DNA of 54,707 nucleotides from a virus (lineage: Duplodnaviria > Caudoviricetes): positions 1 through 54,707 of the IMG/VR virus record IMGVR_UViG_3300049058_000028; one strand, 5' to 3'. Each line of letters starts with the position of its first letter. Positions within the stretch are counted from its first letter, which is position 1. The translations under genes were made by a program, and so were the position numbers. The notes under the pieces are model-generated. The model saw only the letters and a list, made by a program, of their open reading frames with translations, was not told the origin of the DNA and searched no databases. Below, one piece after another: positions 9,371-16,832 of this stretch.

Positions 9371-9528
9371 TAGGGTGTTCCTTCAGGTGGCGGGTTGACT
9401 GGTTTATCACCGGGTTGGTCTACATCGCCTGTGGGTTTCGGCTTAGGTGCTGGCGCGGGCGGATGACTGGGCTGTGTTGGCTGTTGCGGCTTGTCTCTAT
9501 CAGGCTTGTCAGGCTTGTTTCTGCTCAT
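9370..9528 (-). CDS. Pro-rich 52-aa peptide
   Basis: AAGGAG RBS; MSRNKPDKPDRDKPQQPTQPSHPPAPAPKPKPTGDVDQPGDKPVNPPPEGTP. Confidence 0.65.
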   Translation of the reverse strand: MSRNKPDKPDRDKPQQPTQPSHPPAPAPKPKPTGDVDQPGDKPVNPPPEGTP

Positions 9529-9551
9529 ATAACTCCTTGTGTTCTCGCCCT

Positions 9552-9935
9552 CTAGTGTAGGGTTCTTGTTGGAAATTTCTCTCGTGACTCAATGAACCTC
9601 AGTGACATGGAAGCCGACTGGCGCTTACCGGCAACTTGTTTCGGATCGCTCATTACTTCACGTAGCCCATCAATTAACTCTTGCAGCTCGTTATTCGTAA
9701 TTCGGCCTTTCCCGGTCACACTCGCAATGTACTTCTCAGCTAACTCTGTCAGCCGTTCTGATGTCGGGTTGGTCGCTATCTTAATCGCGTCCAACGAAGT
9801 TCTCAACCACCATTCTGCAAGGGGTTTGACATCCTTCTTTAACTCAACTACGTCCCAAAAGAGTTTCGTTACCGCAAAGATTATTGCCAATATAACTGCT
9901 GTGGCAATCGATTGGACTAGGCTTTGCCAGTTCAC
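9552..9935 (-). CDS. Single-TM membrane protein
   Basis: N-terminal TM and helical domain; GTGA coupling to the PAS gene. Confidence 0.7.
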   Translation of the reverse strand: MNWQSLVQSIATAVILAIIFAVTKLFWDVVELKKDVKPLAEWWLRTSLDAIKIATNPTSERLTELAEKYIASVTGKGRITNNELQELIDGLREVMSDPKQVAGKRQSASMSLRFIESREKFPTRTLH

Positions 9936-10438
9936 TCGCCTTCACGACCCTCAGCAAGTATTGCCACAATAATAATTGCGCCACCGCGCTGCGAGTCTCG
10001 GTTCAGCATGATTCTCGCCGGCTTATCTACTCCGCTCTTGTGGCGAATTGCCAATCCGCGCATCGGTCGAAGACTCGGGTTAACGATGTAGCCCTGCGCT
10101 AATTGTGGATGTATCGCTTTAGACGCATCAGGAACCAGGATCTCAACCAATTGACCGATTAGCTCCGCCCGATCATAGCCGGAGACCCGTTCAGTTTCTC
10201 GGTTGACCAGCCTAATGACGCGTTTCTCGTCGCAAACTACTATGCCAATCGGCTGAGCTTCAAAGACGGTCGCCGTACTTTGCAGATAATCTTCAATGCC
10301 AAGTTTGGGCGCGATTACCTGTTCAAGCCGTCGTGAAATGCGCCGTACCTGGATGAGCACGTATATTGCAACAGCCATCCCAAGTACGGTGGCAGAGTTT
10401 GCGAGTACATTAAATCCTTCAATAAATGGCTCGGTCAT
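9932..10438 (-). CDS. Membrane-anchored PAS-domain protein with no output domain
   Basis: TM, then VFEAQPIGIVVCDEKRVIRLVNRETERVSGYDRAELIGQLVEILVP...RHKSG, a PAS S-box signature. Start 10438 preferred over 10531. Confidence 0.85.
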   Translation of the reverse strand: MTEPFIEGFNVLANSATVLGMAVAIYVLIQVRRISRRLEQVIAPKLGIEDYLQSTATVFEAQPIGIVVCDEKRVIRLVNRETERVSGYDRAELIGQLVEILVPDASKAIHPQLAQGYIVNPSLRPMRGLAIRHKSGVDKPARIMLNRDSQRGGAIIIVAILAEGREGE

Positions 10439-10441
10439 AAT

Positions 10442-10575
10442 GGGGGTTAGTTGTCGTTCAACTGAGATTAATCGCAGCGTCTCAAGGCCCGTGCAGAACT
10501 CGGTGTTTCCCCAAACAAGGACTTCCCACATTACCCCGAGACGCTGCTACTTGATACCGCCTCCCTAACGGCCCC
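10442..10575 (-). ncRNA. Putative structured leader RNA
   Basis: 14-bp stem 10474-10487/10534-10547 whose G-U pairs form on the minus strand, plus nested stems. Confidence 0.45.
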
Positions 10576-10635
10576 TAACAGTGTGTTCAAAGCGGGTATA
10601 AACACACTGCCTTAGTTAGAGAGGCGGCAACTTGA

Positions 10636-10866
10636 TTAGATAGGCGGTGCTGCCGGAGTGTTGCGCGCAACGGCATCCGCCAGCTTGTCTTTTTGAGCCT
10701 TGAAGTCCGCTGCAAACTTAGCAACGTTGGAATCGTCGCTGAGGTTATCAGCAGCAATAGCAGCCGCCAGCCTTGAATCGAAGCCGTCCAGCAACGCAAT
10801 GGCAGAATCGGCCACCGTGGTTAGATCGGCAACTTCGGTTACGAGTGGTGAAAAATCAGCAGGCAT
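10636..10866 (-). CDS. Small helical phage protein
   Basis: Acidic, Ala-rich amphipathic helices; GGAG RBS. Confidence 0.7.
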   Translation of the reverse strand: MPADFSPLVTEVADLTTVADSAIALLDGFDSRLAAAIAADNLSDDSNVAKFAADFKAQKDKLADAVARNTPAAPPI

Positions 10867-10872
10867 TTGGAA

Positions 10873-11259
10873 TCATGTCTCCGTTTCTTTAGTTTGAGAA
10901 TCTACAGATGTTTTTAGTCTTTCGCGCACGGCCTTAATGCGCGCCGCAATGTTGTCAATGTCAGACTGGGTGGAGCCTTCAAGTAATTCGAGCGTCAACT
11001 TTTGCTGAGCGGCAATCGTGCGCAGTAATACGAACAGTTGGTCAAGCTTATTTCCGACGTCGCCACCGCCACTGCTCGAGCGGATCGCGTTAACCAGTAC
11101 CGCAAATCCATCTTCCAGTGTTTGTTGAATCGACTTGTCTTTAGCTACTGGTCCTAATCGCTCGTGAATGATTTGCATTTCAGCACGAACACTATTAAGA
11201 CGCAGTTCAAGGGTCTGGAACTGCTGACTGTCGATGGTGACTAATTCTCTATCGCTCAT
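10873..11259 (-). CDS. Coiled-coil hypothetical protein
   Basis: Heptad pattern; ATGA coupling. Confidence 0.7.
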   Translation of the reverse strand: MSDRELVTIDSQQFQTLELRLNSVRAEMQIIHERLGPVAKDKSIQQTLEDGFAVLVNAIRSSSGGGDVGNKLDQLFVLLRTIAAQQKLTLELLEGSTQSDIDNIAARIKAVRERLKTSVDSQTKETET

Positions 11260-11432
11260 GACTGGCCGTTCTCTTCACTGGCTTGCTTGGGTCTGATCGA
11301 CAAAATCTTGATGGCGTCATCTGCCGTCTGCTCCTCAGTCACTTCATGGGTCAGAACATTGTACTGAAGAGTGTGGGCCTCATAGCGATGCACTACCACC
11401 ATTTCTCTCTCAATGATTGGTTCGTCGCTCAT
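11256..11432 (-). CDS. Small acidic protein (58 aa)
   Basis: ATGA overlaps at both ends; MSDEPIIEREMVVVHRYEAHTLQY... Confidence 0.65.
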   Translation of the reverse strand: MSDEPIIEREMVVVHRYEAHTLQYNVLTHEVTEEQTADDAIKILSIRPKQASEENGQS

Positions 11433-11926
11433 CGTGGCTTTGCTGCCTGGTACAGGGCGTCCACCGCTGTTTGTGATGCCCGTCGCTCAACCGCACCGGC
11501 TGATCTTGCGCTGCGGACCATTGCTCGTTCTGCCGGATTAAGTGTCTGTACTTGGTCCTTAAACAGAACCGCAATGCTCGTCACTGTGGCTCCAATGATT
11601 GAGATCCACGTTTTCACATTGTTGCTGACATTAACGCCGATGTCGTTCGTTAACGTAGTAATGTTTTGATCAAGTGCGTTGAAGAAACTATCTGCGGATG
11701 CGAAGTCCCCGCGTCGGTAAGCAGCATCAAAGTCAGACGCAAGCTTTACAATCTTCGCGATAAACGCTGCACGCTCAGGAAGCAGGCCGGAAATCTGGTT
11801 CAGAAACGTTGTGATCGTCCGTACGTAAATGCTGACCTGCTCTGACCCGCATTTGTACGCAGACGTCGTAAGAGTAAGTGCGGCCAATCCAACCGCGCCA
11901 CGCTTCGCAAATGTTCTTCGATTCAT
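11429..11926 (-). CDS. Tat-signal (lipo)protein
   Basis: AAGGAG RBS; MNRRTFAKRG twin-arginine motif, hydrophobic stretch, Cys after SAYK. Confidence 0.7.
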   Translation of the reverse strand: MNRRTFAKRGAVGLAALTLTTSAYKCGSEQVSIYVRTITTFLNQISGLLPERAAFIAKIVKLASDFDAAYRRGDFASADSFFNALDQNITTLTNDIGVNVSNNVKTWISIIGATVTSIAVLFKDQVQTLNPAERAMVRSARSAGAVERRASQTAVDALYQAAKPR

Positions 11927-11970
11927 ACGGGTCTCCTTAGTTGGCTGCTTCACGCCCCGAACATCTCGGC

Positions 11971-11980
11971 AGTGTATCAC
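11971..11980 (-). promoter_or_regulatory. Extended -10 element GTGATACACT (candidate late promoter)
   Basis: Identical 10-mer at 44781-44790; both lie about 44 nt upstream of a gene start. Confidence 0.45.
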
Positions 11981-12035
11981 CTTCGGGCAGATTGTGGCGA
12001 AATAGTTCCGGAAGGCGCGGCCAGATCCGCCAAAT

Positions 12036-12185
12036 TTAGTAAGTCGCTTTCTGCAAAGACTCGGCAACTCTATCTGCTACGGTTGATAATTCTACGCCTA
12101 TAAATTGAAACACTATGGCCGCGAACAGAATTACCAAACCGAGTTTGATAACGCCTTCCAACAAGTTGTTTGATATGTTTGTCAC
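12036..12185 (-). CDS. Flp/Tad pilin-like peptide (49 aa)
   Basis: MTNISNNLLEGVIKLGLVILFAAIVFQFIGVELSTVADRVAESLQKATY; AAGGAG RBS; GTGA coupling; E+5, G+25 and L+28 in Flp register. Confidence 0.5.
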   Translation of the reverse strand: MTNISNNLLEGVIKLGLVILFAAIVFQFIGVELSTVADRVAESLQKATY

Positions 12186-13783
12186 TCTTGGTGTTCTCCT
12201 TTGGTAAGCGCTTCTAGGGTAGCTAATACTTCATCTCTGTTGATGTACGGAACCCCGCCGAATGGGAGCACGGAAGCACTGTTTACTATCCCAATGCATT
12301 CGCTGATAGTGTTGGTGCGGGCGTCGGTGAGTTCTTGTTGCTTCTGATTCCAGCAGCGACCACAAACAATGAAGGTATAAACCTTATCGCCGCCTTCGCT
12401 AATGATCACTTGTTCACAAATCTCGCAATCTTCGTAATAAGCTTCGGCAAGTTCTTTCTTTAGCCGCTCTACTTCTCCAGCCTCAGCAGGCTGGACCAAT
12501 GGGTAAACCGGTCCAACCCTGCATCCAACCCGGTCAGGAATCCATGACTGCGCATACCATTTGTCATAGTCTTCCTTCGGCATATTAACCGGCAATTGAT
12601 CTTCGTGCATGTATGGCGGTTGCGTGGCCTCAGTGGGCGGGAAGTGTTTTGCAATCAACTCTGTAAGCCGTGATATCTGCCCCGGCGGAAGGCTCCCGTA
12701 ATCCAAGCCTGCTACCCATTCCTGCACAATCTCGCTTGCTGCCTCAGTGGGAGTGACTGTGCTTGCGGGACGATCTTTACAGTTGGGGCACGAGTAGCCG
12801 AGGGTGTCGCCGTCTTGATGGATAGCATCGAACCTGAAGCAGCAATCAGGACACTCAACGCAGGTTATGTTAGCGTAACGCTCCCATACGCGATCATCGG
12901 CAGAGATCCATGTGTCCCGCGAAGCCTCTACTACTGGCGCTGCGGTGGGAGCGGAAGCGTCGTAGTCTGCGATCAACTTTCCGATCAGCCTGTTGGCCCG
13001 CGCGGCTTTCTCTTCAATTCGGTCATTCTGGGACGCGAGCTTGAAGCGTTTTGAATTCGACAGACGATTCCAAAGGTCGCGCCAGTTAAAAAGGCGCTCG
13101 TATTCTTGCCGATACGCCGCAAGCGCCGCTGCCTCATCTTGCGGTTCACCTTCGGCTATTGATACAGGCAACGGCGGTGTAAGCAGTCCGCGAACTATTC
13201 CAGCAACGTGTTGTAAAGCTTTATAATCCGCTTCGTCTTGACCTTCTAAGACACCAGAGCGGTGCTTAATGTCGATCAGTTCGTGACGCCGCTTATTGAG
13301 CAGATCCCAAATATCTCGCCGCTCGCCCTCGCCTGCTCCAGTGGTTGCGATCTCGCTTAACGGCACTCGGGCCAGCAGTCTGATTACTCTGTCGTACTTT
13401 CCGATCCACTGTCGGTGATACTCAGCGTCTCCAATGTGTGCCGCGTGATCGTCGCAGCCCTTGCAATCGTCGCGCTCGGGATTTGACAGGTGCTCTAACC
13501 ATTGCTGGTGCGAGTACCGGCCCTCTTGCATGTCGGTAATTGCCTCAACGACCTCAGCGCGAGACACGTCAGCCAGCATGGCCCGCGTTGCCAGCTGCGC
13601 TCCCGCCTTATACCCTTCGACGTAGCCGTGCTCGTAGTCCGGGGCGTTTGTGGCTGGAAACACGCACTTGCAGCCGCAATTCGTGAAATGGTTGGAGTAT
13701 CGAGCCATGCTTCGACCCATTGCTACGCACACGCCTGACTCATCCACGTTGTTGTGACCGCATTCTGAGCAAGTGTTATTCAT
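12182..13783 (-). CDS. Mosaic multi-module early protein with several CxxC fingers
   Basis: 533 aa of short modules joined by A/P/T/E linkers. Confidence 0.75.
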   Translation of the reverse strand: MNNTCSECGHNNVDESGVCVAMGRSMARYSNHFTNCGCKCVFPATNAPDYEHGYVEGYKAGAQLATRAMLADVSRAEVVEAITDMQEGRYSHQQWLEHLSNPERDDCKGCDDHAAHIGDAEYHRQWIGKYDRVIRLLARVPLSEIATTGAGEGERRDIWDLLNKRRHELIDIKHRSGVLEGQDEADYKALQHVAGIVRGLLTPPLPVSIAEGEPQDEAAALAAYRQEYERLFNWRDLWNRLSNSKRFKLASQNDRIEEKAARANRLIGKLIADYDASAPTAAPVVEASRDTWISADDRVWERYANITCVECPDCCFRFDAIHQDGDTLGYSCPNCKDRPASTVTPTEAASEIVQEWVAGLDYGSLPPGQISRLTELIAKHFPPTEATQPPYMHEDQLPVNMPKEDYDKWYAQSWIPDRVGCRVGPVYPLVQPAEAGEVERLKKELAEAYYEDCEICEQVIISEGGDKVYTFIVCGRCWNQKQQELTDARTNTISECIGIVNSASVLPFGGVPYINRDEVLATLEALTKGEHQE

Positions 13784-14292
13784 TGAGTTACACTTTCTGG
13801 AAAGTTGAGGTACGCAAATTCGCCGTAAAGTTCACGCGCCTTGAGATCGTAAGCGCGAGCTGCTTCTTCTGGAGTACCGAAACGCCCAAGAAACAATCGC
13901 GTGGCACCGTGACCAATTTGGGCGTAAGGTCGGCCTTGTCTATTTTGCGAAACACCCTTGAGTCCAAGCTTGTTACGGCTACTTGGGCCGCTGTTGACTT
14001 GATTGAGACTGCGATTACCAACCCGAAGATTAGTCCGCTGGTTATCTAAACCATCTCGGTTTTTGTGATCGATTTCAGTTGATTTGGTCGGCACGTGACT
14101 GAGTAGATAGCGGTGCATTGAGATCCAACGTCGTCCGTTTAAGCGCTCACGTTCAGACACGTGTACAGCTCGGCGAGCATACCATGTCTTGCCCCTGCCC
14201 TTGTGGGCCATCCACTTAAATCGCGCAACGTCATCATAGTCTGCGTCGTCAACTAAGGCGGTCTTACCTTGCGTTAATGGAATTTCTCTCAT
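13780..14292 (-). CDS. HNH-AP2 endonuclease
   Basis: EIPLTQGKTALVDDAD, MHR, DHKNRDGLDNQRTNLR and AP2 motif LGRFGTPEEAARAYD...GEFAYLNFP. Confidence 0.92.
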   Translation of the reverse strand: MREIPLTQGKTALVDDADYDDVARFKWMAHKGRGKTWYARRAVHVSERERLNGRRWISMHRYLLSHVPTKSTEIDHKNRDGLDNQRTNLRVGNRSLNQVNSGPSSRNKLGLKGVSQNRQGRPYAQIGHGATRLFLGRFGTPEEAARAYDLKARELYGEFAYLNFPESVTQ

Positions 14293-14329
14293 GGTCCAAT
14301 TATCTCAAATGGATCTTCGCTTGTGTTGT

Positions 14330-14626
14330 CTATTCTTCTTCGCACTCGCCACAGCGGCGCTCACTACTGGAGAGTTGGGGGAGCAGCGATAGAAGATACT
14401 GGATCTCACTGAACGCCCTCGACAGGTCTGCGTACGCGTTGGAATTGCGCATCGTGTGTCGATCCACCCACCGATGGATCTCCTCCACTCGCGCATCGTC
14501 TACCGGATGGATGCGGGCGTAGGGGATGAGACTCGTAACGTTGCCAGTGTCGTTCCAAAAGGTTGAGTCCTCCGGGTCGATCCAGATCCGCTCCGGCACT
14601 GCAGGTGGTTGCTGGCTGTCAGTCAT
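14330..14626 (-). CDS. Hypothetical protein
   Basis: PERIWIDP N-terminus common in phage early genes; RBS present. Confidence 0.6.
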   Translation of the reverse strand: MTDSQQPPAVPERIWIDPEDSTFWNDTGNVTSLIPYARIHPVDDARVEEIHRWVDRHTMRNSNAYADLSRAFSEIQYLLSLLPQLSSSERRCGECEEE

Positions 14627-14670
14627 TGGATTTGCCTTTCAATCTTCGTGCTCTAATCGCGCACTCGTCC

Positions 14671-14801
14671 TTAGAGCGTATTGAAACGAGTGTTCCACTG
14701 ATTACGTAGCCGCTCCACTTCCTCTATCAACTCTAAACACGTAGTTGGATCGAAAGCGGCGATGCCACTTCCTTCAGCGCGGCTAGTTGTTCAGTAGTCA
14801 T
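14671..14801 (-). pseudogene. Ead/Ea22-like gene remnant with internal deletion or frameshift
   Basis: MTTEQLAALKEVA joined out of frame to IAAFDPTTCLELIEEVERLR, the two conserved ends of Ead/Ea22-like proteins. Confidence 0.55.
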
Positions 14802-14974
14802 GGTTGATCCGCCCATTCAGTTAGCAGTCGCAGAATCAGCGCCCGCAGGGATACGCCCTCGCGCTTTGCCTTCTCTCGCACTCGCGCCCACAGTCCAGCG
14901 GGAATTTGATCTAATAGATAACGTTTGCCTGTTTCGCCGTACGGTTTGAACTCTTTGGAGTAGCCGCGCTTCAT
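14798..14974 (-). CDS. Ribbon-helix-helix DNA-binding protein (58 aa)
   Basis: RYLLDQIPAGLWARVREKAKREGVSLRALILRLLTEW; ATGA overlaps at both ends. Confidence 0.8.
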   Translation of the reverse strand: MKRGYSKEFKPYGETGKRYLLDQIPAGLWARVREKAKREGVSLRALILRLLTEWADQP

Positions 14975-15234
14975 GCTTTTTTCACTCCCGTTCCCGGCGC
15001 GGCATCTTGACAGATCACTCGCACGGCTCCGCTTAACAGCGTCTGCGTAGCGTCGCTATAGACTGCGTTTAGTTCGTAAAGCATCGGCAGAGTAACGTCG
15101 TACCAGTGCCGTTCGGCCCGCCGCGCCACAACTGCATAACCGATCATTGGACCACCCCCGGCGATCGTTTTACCGTACCATCGCAGATCCTCTAGCAGTC
15201 GGTTTTCAAGTTCTGTGCGTACTTCCTTATCCAT
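14971..15234 (-). CDS. Hypothetical protein
   Basis: GGAGG RBS; translationally coupled. Confidence 0.65.
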   Translation of the reverse strand: MDKEVRTELENRLLEDLRWYGKTIAGGGPMIGYAVVARRAERHWYDVTLPMLYELNAVYSDATQTLLSGAVRVICQDAAPGTGVKKA

Positions 15235-15595
15235 TTGCCACCTCCAACTCTGCCGTGAACTCTTCAGAGTCGCCTACGTTGCGCCATTCAGCAACACGGT
15301 CTTCTGGTACAAACCAGTCAACAACTTGCTCCTGCACCATAACACTACCCCAGCACAGATCGTCGTGCGTGTTGACGATCTCTTGCGCCCGCTTGTCCGC
15401 GAGGTCTTTACTCTTGCAAACTTCAACCTTCTCGTAAGAGTCGCGATCTGGATCAAAGTCCCAGTTGCCCGACTGGAAATCGGGGTTAGCCAATACGGAC
15501 TTCTTCATCACCCACCACGAAATTTCAAACCGCCTCTCGCCCAAATCACGCCACGCGTCTTGATAGACCCAAACTCTCATCGTCTTTACCTCCAT
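15227..15595 (-). CDS. Acidic Trp-rich protein, first gene after a strong promoter
   Basis: D/E-rich, 122 aa; GGAGG upstream of the Met at codon 6. Confidence 0.7.
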   Translation of the reverse strand: MEVKTMRVWVYQDAWRDLGERRFEISWWVMKKSVLANPDFQSGNWDFDPDRDSYEKVEVCKSKDLADKRAQEIVNTHDDLCWGSVMVQEQVVDWFVPEDRVAEWRNVGDSEEFTAELEVANG

Positions 15596-15616
15596 TCAGA
15601 ATCAACGAACGGAGAC

Positions 15617-15661
15617 AGTATAGCATAGAATCATAGGATTGTCAATACCTATGATTGTCAA
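15617..15661 (-). promoter_or_regulatory. Consensus sigma70 promoter with inverted-repeat operator
   Basis: TTGACA-N17-TATACT with extended -10 TG; AATCATAGG (15629-37) and CCTATGATT (15648-56) flank the -35; a second TTGACA lies upstream. Confidence 0.85.
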
Positions 15662-15670
15662 GGTAGCTGT

Positions 15671-16057
15671 TCAGGGGTGAGAGTCATGGTGGTTCCCTTC
15701 GCAGCCGATATGCCCGCACCCTGGACAGGTTGGTAAATTCTCTATATCAATCCGGTACGTTGGCAGTTGGCGACCGTGGCGGCGAGCGGCTCTAACTTCC
15801 AATTGCCAAATACATTCGCGCAGTTTGTTAATAACGATGGTGTTTTCTTCGCACGAACCCTGCGTCTGTAGATACTGGAGCCGCTTTATATCCGCACGCC
15901 ATGTTTCCTGAAGGTTCGTTCCAGGATGATGGCCCACGTTGAACGGATAGCCTTCACCTTCTCGTTTAACGAAAGTCAACAACACAGACACACCGCCGTC
16001 GTAGCTATCAAGTAAGTATTCGTGTCCGGGATCAATTTCTCTCACGTTCCTTCTCAC
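15671..16057 (-). CDS. Acb2/Tad1-like protein (candidate nucleotide-signal sponge) with C-terminal CxxCxH
   Basis: FVKREG...GTNLQE...IKRLQYLQ...CEENTIVINKLRECIWQLEVRAARR resembles the Acb2-like helical signature (CRENxxAITKLEEALxWL). Confidence 0.55.
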   Translation of the reverse strand: MRRNVREIDPGHEYLLDSYDGGVSVLLTFVKREGEGYPFNVGHHPGTNLQETWRADIKRLQYLQTQGSCEENTIVINKLRECIWQLEVRAARRHGRQLPTYRIDIENLPTCPGCGHIGCEGNHHDSHP

Positions 16058-16307
16058 TCATTCCTGTGGCTTTCCCTTCTCTGATAGCGGCGGCGATTGC
16101 TACTCCTGTACGAACGTGACAGCACGGATTTTCATCATGTACATCACACGAATGAGACTTGGCCCACAGGTCGGCTACCTTCGCTGCTCGTTCTCGCTCG
16201 GCTTGCAGGGCTTTGTCGACGGCGTCAATGAGCGCAGCGGGATCACAAGTAACAAACCCGTCTTTACCACAGCGCACGTTTAGACCAGCGCACCATTCGT
16301 GCGCCAC
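16032..16307 (-). CDS. Hypothetical protein
   Basis: AERERAAKVA...IAAAIR motif common in phage early genes. Confidence 0.6.
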   Translation of the reverse strand: MAHEWCAGLNVRCGKDGFVTCDPAALIDAVDKALQAERERAAKVADLWAKSHSCDVHDENPCCHVRTGVAIAAAIREGKATGMSEKERERN

Positions 16308-16330
16308 AACAACAATATCGAACCACTTCT

Positions 16331-16546
16331 CTAACCATCATTTCCCGTTTCTCTGGCGGTAATTGCGGCGTCTGCGTCGATGTCCGCTTTGACTAGCGCG
16401 GCAAACTCAGGTGTCGATTTCCAGCACAATCCGCAATCTCCACAGTGAGCGAACATTCGTATGCCAATTGAATTCACTGCATTATGTCGCCACACTGGAC
16501 AGCCACAGTCAGGACATGGCGTCTTATCTTTCACCTGCTCAGCCAT
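16331..16546 (-). CDS. Small Zn-finger protein
   Basis: CPDCGC...CGDCGLC; GGAGG RBS. Confidence 0.6.
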   Translation of the reverse strand: MAEQVKDKTPCPDCGCPVWRHNAVNSIGIRMFAHCGDCGLCWKSTPEFAALVKADIDADAAITARETGNDG

Positions 16547-16781
16547 TGGTAGCCTCCGGCGGTGGCGCTAAGAGCCCCTGATCGTGAAGTCGCAAGAGCA
16601 ATTTCGTTTGCGCCGCAACCGCACAACAAAGCGCCGCCCGTACGCTATTCGCAAAGAAGTTACAGTCCTTGCCGTCGCAGTTGATGGTGTCTTCCGGCGT
16701 CATCCAGCCGCCGGTATCCGCTAAGTGTTTCGAGTAGGGTTTCATCCACTCTGGTTCAACCCACTTCTTTTCTTTCGCCAT
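16539..16781 (-). CDS. Hypothetical protein
   Basis: GAGG RBS; overlaps neighbour. Confidence 0.6.
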   Translation of the reverse strand: MAKEKKWVEPEWMKPYSKHLADTGGWMTPEDTINCDGKDCNFFANSVRAALCCAVAAQTKLLLRLHDQGLLAPPPEATNG

Positions 16782-16832
16782 TGCCAGCCTCAACTCTCTT
16801 GCTTCTCAGACTTGGGACTACCATTAGCTTGC

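Noticed and set aside
11927-12067. N-terminal extension of the Tat protein in the ORF track
   Set aside because: The RBS and twin-Arg motif place the start at 11926; the extension overlaps a promoter and the pilin-like gene.
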